The notes under the pieces were generated by a model. It was not told where the DNA came from. It ran no database searches and was given only the letters and a program-made list of their open reading frames with translations. Both the position numbers and the translations under genes were made by a program. From assembly GCA_041690595.1 (NCBI GenBank), contig JAWLHB010000040.1, forward strand, positions 55,543-75,542: a stretch of DNA of 20,000 bases, read 5' to 3'. This DNA comes from Lentisphaeria bacterium (GTDB taxonomy: Bacteria > Verrucomicrobiota > Lentisphaeria > JABSQK01 > JAWLHB01). This document shows positions 1 through 9,191 of the stretch, one piece after another. Each line of letters opens with the position of its first letter. Position 1 is the stretch's first letter.

Positions 1-1353
1 CGGCAGCGTGCGCTGGCGGCCATCGCGGCGCAGAAGCCGTCGCGAGTATTTCCGGTGCAGTTGCACTGGACGGGCAAATACCTGGCGCCGGCGGTAGTGG
101 TGCTGGTCGGCTTGCTGCTGTGGATGCCGAGCCTTGACCTTCGGGGGCGCGAAGCCGCGGAGTTGTACAAGGAGGCGGAAGAGAGTCTGGTGCAGCGTAG
201 CGCCATGAAGCTCAAGGAGAAGGTGGAGTTGATCCATCAGCAGGAGTATGTGGCTGACAGCATTGCCGCCCGGCAGATCACCGACGACCTGAAGCAACTG
301 TCGGAGAAGCTGGACCAGTTAAGCAAGCGTGAAGCCATGATGGAGATCGGCGAGTTCGAGCAGAAGTACCGCGATGATTTCTCCATGGCGAATGATTTCG
401 AGCGTTTCGCCAAGAGTCTGGAGAAGGAATTTGACGAGACCCGGATGACGGAGCAGAGCAAGGAGGAGCTGCGCAGCCTCCTGGACAGCTTGCGGAAGGG
501 GGATTACCGGCGTGCGGCGGAGGCGATGCGCGAATTGTCCGAACAGCTGCGTAACGAGGACTTATCCCCCGAAGAGAAGCAGGCGCTGAGCCGCGAGATG
601 CAGAAGCTGGCGGAGAAGATGCCGGCAAGCAAGGCGAGCGAAGAGCTGGCCCAGAAGCTTCGCGAGATGCAGCAGGACGGGGGCGCCAAAGGAGAGACGG
701 GCGAGGGCAAGAGCAGCTCGGACCTGATGGATGAGCTGGCACAGCAACTGGACGAAATGGACGCCGTGAAGCAGATGGAAGAGGGGCTCGCCAGCGCCAA
801 GCAGGAGATGGTGGGCGACTCCTGGAAGAATTTTGAGGAGAAGAGCGGCGAGGATTACATGCGGAATCAGGCCAGCCTCGGCGAAAGCGGAGAGCGGGCG
901 CCTTTCGATCCAGGCAATCAGGGTCAGGGCCAGGGTCAAGGCCAGGGTCAGGGTCAGGGTCAAGGTCAAGGTCAGGGTCAAGGTCAAGGTCAGGGTCAGG
1001 GTCAAGGTCAAGGTCAAGGTCAGGGCCAGGGCCAGGGTCAGGGTCAGGGCCAGGGCCAGGGCCAAGGAACTGGCGGTGCGGGACAGGGAGCTGGCGGGAC
1101 GCCTGAAGAGAAGAAGACGGCGACGAGCTTCAAGGCGACGCAGGCGGAAAGCAAGATTGACAAGGGCAAGATTCTGCATCAGTATGAGGTGTATGGGGTG
1201 CCGGAAGCTGGTGAAGCACTGGACGAGTACTCCAGCGCCATCCAGTCCGCCCGCCAGGAAGCCACGGGTTCTCTGGCGCGCAACAAGGTGCCGCGCGAAT
1301 ACGAGGAAATGGTCAAACAGTACTTCGACACATTGGAACCAGAAGGGAAATGA
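1..1353 (+). CDS. Membrane-anchored coiled-coil protein with Gln-Gly repeat linker (5' end outside window)
   Basis: The frame is open from base 1 (RQRALAAI...). It has a hydrophobic segment (LAPAVVVLVGLLLWM), a long E/K/Q/M-rich helical region, (QG)25 and a C-terminal 'VPREYEEMVKQYF' tail. The stop overlaps the next start (ATGA). Confidence 0.8.
   Translation, partial: RQRALAAIAAQKPSRVFPVQLHWTGKYLAPAVVVLVGLLLWMPSLDLRGREAAELYKEAEESLVQRSAMKLKEKVELIHQQEYVADSIAARQITDDLKQLSEKLDQLSKREAMMEIGEFEQKYRDDFSMANDFERFAKSLEKEFDETRMTEQSKEELRSLLDSLRKGDYRRAAEAMRELSEQLRNEDLSPEEKQALSREMQKLAEKMPASKASEELAQKLREMQQDGGAKGETGEGKSSSDLMDELAQQLDEMDAVKQMEEGLASAKQEMVGDSWKNFEEKSGEDYMRNQASLGESGERAPFDPGNQGQGQGQGQGQGQGQGQGQGQGQGQGQGQGQGQGQGQGQGQGQGQGQGQGTGGAGQGAGGTPEEKKTATSFKATQAESKIDKGKILHQYEVYGVPEAGEALDEYSSAIQSARQEATGSLARNKVPREYEEMVKQYFDTLEPEGK
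919..1068 (+). repeat. In-frame hexamer repeat CARGGN x25 encoding (QG)25
   Basis: 150 bp of CAGGGT/CAGGGC/CAAGGT/CAAGGC units ending in CAAGGA. Variation is at synonymous positions only. Confidence 0.97.
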
Positions 1354-2390
1354 GGATGAAGCATGGGTTGGGGGTGATGGTGGCACTGCTGGTGCTGACG
1401 CTGTCGTGCGCGCGGAATGACGTCCAGCAGGAGGCGAAGGAGGCGCGGGAGGTCGTGGTCTACACCGCGCTGGATCGCGGTTTCTCGGAGCCGATCCTGC
1501 AGCAGTTCGAGGCGGAAACAGGGATCAAGGTGCTTCCGCGCTATGATACGGAAGCGACAAAGACGATCGGGCTGGTGAATGCGATCCGGGCGGAGAAGGG
1601 GCGGCCGCGATGCGATGTTTTCTGGAACAACGAGATCGTCAATACGATTCGTTTGAAGCGGGAAGGGCTGTTGGCAGCCTATGCACCGGAAGCGGCGGGC
1701 TCCTTTCCAGCGACCTTCCGGGACCCAGACGCTTACTGGACCGGTTTCGCCGCTCGCGCGCGCGTTTTTCTGGTGAATACCGACCTGGTTCCGGAAGGTG
1801 AAGAGCCACGACACTTGACGGATATGGCGGATCCGAAGTGGAAAGGCAAGGTGGGCATCGCCAAACCGCTCTTCGGGACGACCGCCAGCCATATGGCCTG
1901 CCTCTATGCCAGTTGGGGCGCGGCACGGACGCAGGAATTTCTGAACCAGTTGAAAGCGAACGAGGTGAGCATCGAAGCCAGCAATAAGCAGGTAGCTCTG
2001 AGCGTCGCCGCCGGTCGGCTGGCCTTCTGCATAACCGATACGGACGATGCCATCATCGAAGTGGAAGCAGGTCGGCCGGTGAAGATTGTCTACATGGATG
2101 CCGAACCGGATGAGTTGGGGACGCTCTTCATCCCGAATACGCTGGCACTGGTTGCCGACAGCCCCAATCCGGAAGCAGGCAAGCTGCTGATCGAGTACCT
2201 GCTTTCGCCGCCGGTGGAAGAAGCGCTGGCGAAGGCCGCATCGGCCCAGATCCCGCTGAATCCCATGGTGGAGACGAAAACACGGGTGAAAACACCGAAA
2301 GAGGTGAAGGCGATGGAGGTCGACTTCAACCAGGCGGCGGCGGCCTTCGACGATGCGGCCAAGTACGTGGAAGCCTTCTTCCTGGAGTGA
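1350..2390 (+). CDS. ABC transporter extracellular solute-binding lipoprotein, Fe(III)/AfuA-FutA-like
   Basis: Signal peptide with lipobox LTLSC. Motifs VVVYTALD, FEAETGIKV, DVFWNNE, WTGFAARARV, ITDTDD and IPNTLALV are typical of this binding-protein family. Confidence 0.85.
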   Translation: MRMKHGLGVMVALLVLTLSCARNDVQQEAKEAREVVVYTALDRGFSEPILQQFEAETGIKVLPRYDTEATKTIGLVNAIRAEKGRPRCDVFWNNEIVNTIRLKREGLLAAYAPEAAGSFPATFRDPDAYWTGFAARARVFLVNTDLVPEGEEPRHLTDMADPKWKGKVGIAKPLFGTTASHMACLYASWGAARTQEFLNQLKANEVSIEASNKQVALSVAAGRLAFCITDTDDAIIEVEAGRPVKIVYMDAEPDELGTLFIPNTLALVADSPNPEAGKLLIEYLLSPPVEEALAKAASAQIPLNPMVETKTRVKTPKEVKAMEVDFNQAAAAFDDAAKYVEAFFLE

Positions 2391-2401
2391 AAGGCCGCGG
2401 C

Positions 2402-3241
2402 TCAGCGAAGGATGCGGTTGTCGAGGAGGCGGGCCTTGCCGAAGCGGGCGGCGACGGCAAGGAGGCTCTCGCGATCGATGAAGTCAATGGTTTCGAGGCT
2501 CTCGTGGTCGCGGCACTCCACATAGTCAACGATGCCGCCGGCCTCGACGATCTGCTCACGGACGATGCGGCAGAGGGCTTCGGCGTGGCGTTCGCCGGCG
2601 CGGAAGGCGGCTTCGGCCTGATCCAGACCGCGGTTGATGGCGAGGGCGCGAATGCGTTCGTCAGAGGAGAGATAGATATTGCGGGAGCTCATGGCAAGCC
2701 CGTCCGTTTCGCGGATGATGGGGGCGACCAGGATCTCGATGGGGAAGTTGAGATCGCGGCTCATGCGCTGAATGACGCGGGCTTGCTGGGCATCCTTCTG
2801 CCCGAAGACGGCGAGATCGGGAAGGCAGGCATTGAAGAGCTTGGCCACAACCGTAGTGACGCCGCGAAAGTGGCCTTCGCGCCTGGCGCCGCAGAGATGC
2901 CGGCCGAGCTTCTCCTCGACAACCCAGGTGGAGTAACCGGGCGGGTACATGTCGTCGGCGGTCGGACAGAAGAGGATATGGGCGCCTTCGGCTTCGCAGA
3001 GGCGTGCATCGCGTTCGAGATCGCGCGGATAGCTGGCAAGATCCTCCCCGGGCGCAAATTGCGTGGGGTTGACGAAGAGGCTGACAATGACGCGGTCGCT
3101 CCGCTCGAGCGCGGCACGGATGAGTGACACGTGCCCATCGTGCAGGTAGCCCATGGTGGGAACCAGACCAATGCGCAAGCCTTCGCGGTGCCACTGGCGG
3201 GCGGTGGCCTGCATCTGCGGGATAGCGTCAAGTCGCTTCAT
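2402..3241 (-). CDS. panC: Pantoate--beta-alanine ligase
   Basis: VPTMGYLHDGH, SLFVNPTQF, HFRGVTTVV, FGQKDAQQ, DGLAMSSRN, RLLDN. Confidence 0.97.
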   Translation of the reverse strand: MKRLDAIPQMQATARQWHREGLRIGLVPTMGYLHDGHVSLIRAALERSDRVIVSLFVNPTQFAPGEDLASYPRDLERDARLCEAEGAHILFCPTADDMYPPGYSTWVVEEKLGRHLCGARREGHFRGVTTVVAKLFNACLPDLAVFGQKDAQQARVIQRMSRDLNFPIEILVAPIIRETDGLAMSSRNIYLSSDERIRALAINRGLDQAEAAFRAGERHAEALCRIVREQIVEAGGIVDYVECRDHESLETIDFIDRESLLAVAARFGKARLLDNRILR

Positions 3242-4050
3242 TTCCAGCTGTTTTCTTCGCCGGGAAAGTTGCCGTCGCGGACATCGTCGCGATAGGCGGC
3301 GACGATGCGCCGCACTTCCTGCGCGAGGTTGCCGTAGCGGCGGGTATGCTTGGGGACGAAGGCTTCGAAGAGGCCGAGTATGTCGTGAATGACCTGCACC
3401 TGACCGCTGCAGTGGCGACCGGCGCCAATGCCGATGGTGGGGATTTTGATGCCACCGGTGATGCGCTCGGCCACTGCCGCGGAGACCGACTCGACGACGA
3501 TGCCGAAGGCGCCGGCTGCTTCGAGGGCGAGGGCATCCTCCATCAGCGAATCGGCTTCCTGGGGGGTACGCCCATAGACGCGATACCCGCCTTCGCCGAC
3601 CACCTTCTGCGGCAGCAGGCCGATATGGCCGAGAACGGGGATGCCGACATCGACCAGACGCCGCACCGTCGGCGCAATCTCGCGCCCCCCCTCCACTTTG
3701 ACGCCATCGGCGCCGGCCTGCTGAAGATAGCGGCCGGCGTTGCGCATGGCTTCTTCCGGAGATACCTGGAAGGTGAGAAAGGGCATGTCGCCGATGACGA
3801 GGGCGTGCTGGACCCCGCGCACGACGGCGGCGGTATGGTGCAGGCTCTCGTCGAGGGTGACGCGGACGGTGGTGGGATAGCCCAGCATCGTCATGCCCAG
3901 GGAGTCGCCGACAAGGATCAGGTGAACGCCGGCATCGTCGACGAAACGGGCGGTGAGCGTATCGTATGCCGTCAAGGAGACGATGCGCTCACCGTCGTCG
4001 TAGAGTTTGCGGAGGTCCCGCAGGGTCATTTTTCGTGGTGCGTCCGACAT
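3238..4050 (-). CDS. panB: 3-methyl-2-oxobutanoate hydroxymethyltransferase
   Basis: LTAYD, ILVGDSLGM, DMPF, VKVEGG, GHIGLLPQ, IGIGAG, GQVQVIHD. Overlaps panC by 4 bp. Confidence 0.97.
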   Translation of the reverse strand: MSDAPRKMTLRDLRKLYDDGERIVSLTAYDTLTARFVDDAGVHLILVGDSLGMTMLGYPTTVRVTLDESLHHTAAVVRGVQHALVIGDMPFLTFQVSPEEAMRNAGRYLQQAGADGVKVEGGREIAPTVRRLVDVGIPVLGHIGLLPQKVVGEGGYRVYGRTPQEADSLMEDALALEAAGAFGIVVESVSAAVAERITGGIKIPTIGIGAGRHCSGQVQVIHDILGLFEAFVPKHTRRYGNLAQEVRRIVAAYRDDVRDGNFPGEENSWK

Positions 4051-4078
4051 GGTGCTCCCACCTGGTCAAGTCACCAGG

Positions 4079-5368
4079 TCATTCACGCTCCGCGATGGGT
4101 ACATAGCTGCGCTTCTTGGCGCCGATGTAGATCTGGCGGGGACGACCGATGCGACCGGATGTATCGGAGACCATTTCCTTCCACTGCGAGGTCCATCCGG
4201 GGAGTCTTCCGATGGCGAAGAGGACGGTGAACATGTTGGTGGGGAAACCCATGGCGCGATAGAGCAGGCCGCTGTAGAAGTCGACGTTGGGATAGAGCTT
4301 GCGGGAGACGAAGTAGTCGTCGTTGAGGACCTTCTCCTCGAGCTTGAGGGCGACATCGAGCAAGGGTTCTTCACCGGCGCGCTTCTCGACAATCTTCGAG
4401 CAGAGCTTCTTGATGATGCGGGCGCGGGGATCGTAGTTCTTGTAGACGCGATGGCCGAAGCCCATGAGGCGGAAGCCGCTGTTCTTGTCCTTAGCCTTCT
4501 CGATGTACTTGTCGACATCACCGCCGTTATCGCAGATCTCGCCGAGCATCTCCATGACGCTCTGATTGGCGCCGCCGTGGAGAGGGCCCCAGAGTGCGGC
4601 GATACCGCAGGAGATGGAGGCATAGAGGTTGGCGTGGGAGCTGCCGACGAGGCGAACCGCGGAGGTGGAGCAGTTCTGCTCGTGGTCCGCATGCATGATG
4701 AGCAACATGTTGAGCGCCTTAACGGCATCGTCGTCGAGCTGGTAGGGCTTGACGGGCGAGGAGAACATCATGTTGAGGAAGTTCGCGCAATAGGGAAGAT
4801 CGAGGCGCGGATAGACGACGGGCTGGCCGATCGACTTCTTATAGGCAAAGGCCGCGATGGTCCGAATCTTGGAGATCAGCCGGGCAGCGGTAATGTCGAT
4901 GTCATCGGTCATGGACTTGGCGTCGACATTGGGGTAGAAGCTGCTGAGGGCATTGACCATGGTGCCGAGGATGTTCATGGGATGCGCGTCGCGCGGGAAG
5001 GTCTCGAGGAAGCGGCGCATGTCTTCGTGAACGAGGGAATGCTCGGTGAGCAGGTCGGAGAAGCGGCTGAGCTGCTTGCGGTTCGGGAGAGCGTCGTGGA
5101 GAAGGAGGTAGGAGGTCTCGACGAAGGTGGAATTTTCGGCCAGCTCCTCGATGGGGTAGCCGCGATAGCGGAGGATGCCTTCCTCCCCGTCAATAAAGGT
5201 AATGTCGCTGAGGCAGGAGCCGGTGTTGACATAGCCGGGATCGAGGGTGATCAGGCCGGTGCGCTTGCGCAGGTCGTTGATGTCAATGCCCTTTTCACCT
5301 TCGGTGCCCTCGACAATGGGGAATTCGTACTCCTGGCCGTTGACGACCAGCTTCGCAATTTCGTTCAT
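4079..5368 (-). CDS. gltA: Citrate synthase (type II)
   Basis: DPGYVNT, LRYRGYPIEEL, HADHEQNCST, GPLHGGAN, GFGHRVYKNYDPRA, YPNVDFYSG. AAGGAG RBS upstream. Confidence 0.97.
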   Translation of the reverse strand: MNEIAKLVVNGQEYEFPIVEGTEGEKGIDINDLRKRTGLITLDPGYVNTGSCLSDITFIDGEEGILRYRGYPIEELAENSTFVETSYLLLHDALPNRKQLSRFSDLLTEHSLVHEDMRRFLETFPRDAHPMNILGTMVNALSSFYPNVDAKSMTDDIDITAARLISKIRTIAAFAYKKSIGQPVVYPRLDLPYCANFLNMMFSSPVKPYQLDDDAVKALNMLLIMHADHEQNCSTSAVRLVGSSHANLYASISCGIAALWGPLHGGANQSVMEMLGEICDNGGDVDKYIEKAKDKNSGFRLMGFGHRVYKNYDPRARIIKKLCSKIVEKRAGEEPLLDVALKLEEKVLNDDYFVSRKLYPNVDFYSGLLYRAMGFPTNMFTVLFAIGRLPGWTSQWKEMVSDTSGRIGRPRQIYIGAKKRSYVPIAERE

Positions 5369-5436
5369 CGTGACTCCTTGAGGTAAAGGATGAAGGGGGA
5401 ATCCGGGTACGCATCAGGCAAGCAGGGCGTGCCCCC

Positions 5437-5464
5437 TTGAAGATTGGGGTGGAAGATCTATACT
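5437..5464 (+). promoter_or_regulatory. Candidate sigma70 promoter for ruvAB
   Basis: TTGAAG-N16-TATACT about 60 bp upstream of ruvA, in the divergent gltA/ruvA gap. Confidence 0.4.
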
Positions 5465-5525
5465 AACCGGTCAACGATGGGATTGCAACGAGTTTACGTA
5501 ACAAAATGGTGGTCGCGACAAGGTT

Positions 5526-6134
5526 ATGATCAATCATCTCACCGGCACCCTTGTCGAGAAGCAGCTGACACGGGCGGTCATCGAGGTTGGCGGTATCGGT
5601 TTCAACGTGCTGATCCCCATGAGCACCTACGATCGGCTGCCGCGCGTGGGGGAAAGCACCACCCTCCTGACCCAGTTGAATGTGCGTGAAGACGCGCTCA
5701 CCCTGTATGGCTTTGCCAGTGCCCAGGAGCGGCAACTCTTCGGCCTGGTGACGGAGGTGACGGGCATCGGCCCGAAGCTGGGGCTGAGCATTCTCAGTTG
5801 CATGACGGTCAACCGCTTCTGCCAGGCGGTCATCAATAAGGATCTGAAGTCGCTGGCGCGAATCCAGGGCATCGGCAAGCGAACAGCGGAACGGCTGACG
5901 GTGGAACTGGCGGGAAAGGTGGAGGAACTAGCGCCGGCGGTGGCGCTTGGAGCCCAGCCGGAGGAAGCTCCCCTCAGCGCCGCGGCGGAAGACGCGGTTG
6001 CCGGGCTCATCACCCTGGGCTACAAGTCGGACCAGGCACGCAAACGCATACGCGACCTGATCGAGGCTTCCGAAGATCGCCAGATGGACGCACAGCAGCT
6101 CATCCGCCAGGCCCTGGCGACGCTGAGCAAGTAA
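5526..6134 (+). CDS. ruvA: Holliday junction branch migration protein RuvA
   Basis: MINHLTG, VGGIGF, VREDALTLYGF, HhH motifs GIGPKLG and GIGKRTAERL, C-terminal 'AVAGLITLGY'. Confidence 0.96.
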   Translation: MINHLTGTLVEKQLTRAVIEVGGIGFNVLIPMSTYDRLPRVGESTTLLTQLNVREDALTLYGFASAQERQLFGLVTEVTGIGPKLGLSILSCMTVNRFCQAVINKDLKSLARIQGIGKRTAERLTVELAGKVEELAPAVALGAQPEEAPLSAAAEDAVAGLITLGYKSDQARKRIRDLIEASEDRQMDAQQLIRQALATLSK

Positions 6135-6146
6135 GCAGGACGCATC

Positions 6147-7178
6147 ATGTCAGACGAGCCAATCATCACCTCGACCTTCAACGCGCGCGAAGAATCCTTC
6201 GACGCCAGCCTCCGCCCCAGGACCTTTGACGATTTTCCGGGACAGGAGAGCAAGAAGGAGCAGCTGCAGATCTATGTGCAGGCGGCGAAGGAACGCGGCG
6301 AGCCGCTGGGCCACATCCTGCTGAGTGGTCCGCCCGGGCTGGGCAAGACGACGCTGGCGCACATCATCGCCAACACGCGCGAGAAGAACATCAAGACGTC
6401 GAGCGGCCCGGTGATCGAAAAGCCGGCCGATCTGGCAGGGCTGCTGACGAGCCTGGAAGAGGGGGACATCCTCTTCATCGACGAGATTCACCGCCTGACG
6501 ACGAATGTGGAGGAATACCTCTACAGCGCCATGGAAGATTTCTACATCGACATCATTCTGGACCAGGGAGCGGGTTCCCGCTCGATCCGGCTGGACATCC
6601 CACCCTTCACGCTGATCGGGGCGACGACCCGGCAGGGCTCCATCTCCTCCCCCCTGCGCTCGCGCTTCATCCTGCACATCCGCCTCGACTACTATCCCAC
6701 ACCAGTCCTGCAGCAGATCATTCTGCGCTCGGCCGGACTGCTGGGGGTGCCGATCGACGAGCCGGCTTCCATGGAGATTGCCCGCCGAAGCCGCGGGACG
6801 CCGCGTATCGCCAACAACCTCCTGCGCTGGGTGCGCGACTTCGCTCAGGTCCGCGCGGGAAACAAGATCACCGTCGAGAGCGCCAATGATGCGCTGAAGA
6901 TGCTGGACATCGACGAGCATGGCCTGGACGAGATGGACAAGCGGATTCTGGAAGCGATGGTCCACAAGTTCGAAGGTAGGCCGGTTGGCGTAAAGAGCAT
7001 GGCGGTGGCGCTTGGCGAAGACACGGTGACGATCGAGGAAGTGTACGAGCCCTTCCTGATCCAGGAAGGCTACCTGATGCGTACCCCGCAGGGACGGATC
7101 GCCACCAGCAAGACGTATGCGCTGCTGGGGATGAAGCCACCCACGAGCGGGCCGCGCAATCAACCCGGACTCTTCTGA
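6147..7178 (+). CDS. ruvB: Holliday junction branch migration helicase RuvB
   Basis: [57 protein letters not shown]. Confidence 0.98.
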   Translation: MSDEPIITSTFNAREESFDASLRPRTFDDFPGQESKKEQLQIYVQAAKERGEPLGHILLSGPPGLGKTTLAHIIANTREKNIKTSSGPVIEKPADLAGLLTSLEEGDILFIDEIHRLTTNVEEYLYSAMEDFYIDIILDQGAGSRSIRLDIPPFTLIGATTRQGSISSPLRSRFILHIRLDYYPTPVLQQIILRSAGLLGVPIDEPASMEIARRSRGTPRIANNLLRWVRDFAQVRAGNKITVESANDALKMLDIDEHGLDEMDKRILEAMVHKFEGRPVGVKSMAVALGEDTVTIEEVYEPFLIQEGYLMRTPQGRIATSKTYALLGMKPPTSGPRNQPGLF

Positions 7179-7939
7179 TGGCGCCTTCAGTGACCGGCGG
7201 GCCGGACTATGCGATCATCGTGCCAGCCTACAATGAGGAAGGGTACATCCGCCCTACCCTCGCCCGCCTCCAGGCCTGCATGGGCGAGATCGACGGGTAT
7301 GCCGGCGAGCTGATTGTCGTGGACAACGACTCGACGGACGGCACGGCGACGCTGGTGCGGGAGATGGGGGTGCGCGTGGTGCATGAAGCGCATCGGCAGA
7401 TCGCCCGCGCCAGGAATGCCGGAGCGGCGGCGAGCAGCGCGCGCTTCCTGATCTTCGTCGATGCCGATACCCTGATCACGACGGAATTGCTGCGGCACAC
7501 GCTCGCGACGCTGACGGAGCAGCCAATCTGCTATGGTGGCACGGCGGTGATCTTCGATCAGCCGGTAACGGGCTTCATCGGGGCGTCGATCCGCTCGTGG
7601 AATCGACTGTCGCGGACGATGACGTGGGCATGCGGGGCGTATGTCTTCTGCCGGCGCGAGGCTTTCGAGGAGGTTGGAGGATTCGACGAGAAGCTGTACG
7701 CGGCGGAGGAGATCCGCCTCTGCCGCAAGCTGCGCCAGTGGGGCCGGCGTCACGGGATGCGGGGGGTGATCCTGAAGGAGCCGATCGTGACATCGATGCG
7801 CAAGGCGGAATGGTTCAGCACATGGCGCATGGTGAAGATGGTGCTGATGCTGGCGGTGATGCCGTACGGTCTGCGCCGTCGCGATGCCTGCTGGCTCTGG
7901 TATGAACGACCGGAGAAGAAGGTGGATCCGCCTCAGTAG
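7178..7939 (+). CDS. Glycosyltransferase family 2
   Basis: IIVPAYNEE, VVDNDSTDGT, ARNAG, FVDAD, GGFDE. The start overlaps the ruvB stop (TGATG). Confidence 0.92.
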   Translation: MAPSVTGGPDYAIIVPAYNEEGYIRPTLARLQACMGEIDGYAGELIVVDNDSTDGTATLVREMGVRVVHEAHRQIARARNAGAAASSARFLIFVDADTLITTELLRHTLATLTEQPICYGGTAVIFDQPVTGFIGASIRSWNRLSRTMTWACGAYVFCRREAFEEVGGFDEKLYAAEEIRLCRKLRQWGRRHGMRGVILKEPIVTSMRKAEWFSTWRMVKMVLMLAVMPYGLRRRDACWLWYERPEKKVDPPQ

Positions 7940-8997
7940 GCACGGTCGAGCATGAAGTTCGCCCATAGCATGAGCAGGGCGCGCCACGGGGTGTCGGGCA
8001 GGGCTTCGAGCTTGGTACGGGCTTCGTTCACAAGGGCGAGCGCCATATCCTCGATCCAGTCGACGGCGCCGCAGTCGCGCAGATCGTCGCCGACCCTGGC
8101 GACATCGAGAGGTTGCAGCTCCGGGTTGCCGTGAGCCCGCAGAAAGCGTTCGCGGGGAGCGCCTTCGAGCCGTTCGAGGGCGACCGCGAAGAGGAGGGTG
8201 CGCTTGGCCTGGCGCAGGTCGGAACCGACGGGCTTGCCAAGAGCGTCAGGATCGGCATACATGCCAAGGACGTCATCGCGAAGCTGGAAGGCGAGGCCGC
8301 ACTTTTCGGCAAAGTCGCCAAGCTGGGCAACATGCGGGTGGGCGGGGTCGCCGGTGGCGATGAGGGCTCCCGCTTCGGCACAGAAACGCAGCAGCAGGGC
8401 AGTCTTGCGGCGCAGCATTTCGAGCATTTCGCCGCTGGAGATGCCGGCAAAGGGTCGGAGCTCGAATTCGACATCCTGTGCCTCGCCGCCGATGAGGCCG
8501 GGATTGAGTTCGCCATTGAGCTTTTCGAGGAGGGTGAGGAGGGTGCCGGCGGGTACGCCGTCCTGGCGGCAGCGCAGGAGGAGTCGGTTGGCCCAGGCCT
8601 GCTGGATATCGCCGGCGAGAATGGCCATGTCGGTGCCGAATTTGCGGCAGGCATCGGGTGTGGCGGAGGCAAAACGCCGTGCCGCGAGATCGCGGACGAG
8701 GACGTGGACGGCGGGTTTGCCGCGACGGCTCTCGTCGCAGTCGATGATGTCATCGTGGACGAGGGTCCAGGTGTGAAAGATCTCGACGGCGGCAGCGGCA
8801 TGCCGGGCAAGCTCGGGTTTGCCGCGACAGGCGCCGCAGCTCCAGAGGACGAGGGCGGGTCGGAGCATTTTACCGCCGCGGCCGGGATAGGCGAGGACGG
8901 CCTCGCGCAGATAATCGGGGACGACTTCCAAGGTGAAGGGATCGGTCAGGAGAAGGTCGCGAATCTGCGTGGCGACATCGGCAAGGGCCTGGTGCAT
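7933..8997 (-). CDS. Short-chain polyprenyl diphosphate synthase (GGPP synthase-like)
   Basis: GGKMLRP, first Asp-rich motif HDDIID..RRG, KTA, AFQLRDD, GKPVGSDL..KRT. The ATG at 8997 is preferred over the longer listed ORF. Confidence 0.9.
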   Translation of the reverse strand: MHQALADVATQIRDLLLTDPFTLEVVPDYLREAVLAYPGRGGKMLRPALVLWSCGACRGKPELARHAAAAVEIFHTWTLVHDDIIDCDESRRGKPAVHVLVRDLAARRFASATPDACRKFGTDMAILAGDIQQAWANRLLLRCRQDGVPAGTLLTLLEKLNGELNPGLIGGEAQDVEFELRPFAGISSGEMLEMLRRKTALLLRFCAEAGALIATGDPAHPHVAQLGDFAEKCGLAFQLRDDVLGMYADPDALGKPVGSDLRQAKRTLLFAVALERLEGAPRERFLRAHGNPELQPLDVARVGDDLRDCGAVDWIEDMALALVNEARTKLEALPDTPWRALLMLWANFMLDRAY

Positions 8998-9191
8998 GGG
9001 CGTGTCACGTGGAGGGTAAAGGAGTGAAAGGAGAAGACGAGGCAATGTACTCCTTTTTTGCCATCCGCCCCAATGGTTTTTGAGGAAATCTGGAGCGGGG
9101 GTGCGGGGGCGGATTTGCTTGCGCATGCCGACAGGGTGAAGAGTAGGAAGGCGGGATGAGGGCTCGAATGCACTTACCACGAGACGACGAC

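Noticed and set aside
919..1068. CRISPR array or phase-variable SSR
   Set aside because: It is a 6-bp in-frame coding repeat with no spacers, and unit changes cannot shift the frame.
5526..7178. Absence of ruvC beside ruvAB
   Set aside because: ruvC or an alternative resolvase is often encoded elsewhere, so this is not unusual.
7888..7897. CTGCTGGCTC match to the tRNA 3' end as an att site
   Set aside because: Only 10 bp, inside a core gene and on the wrong side of the tRNA, so probably chance.
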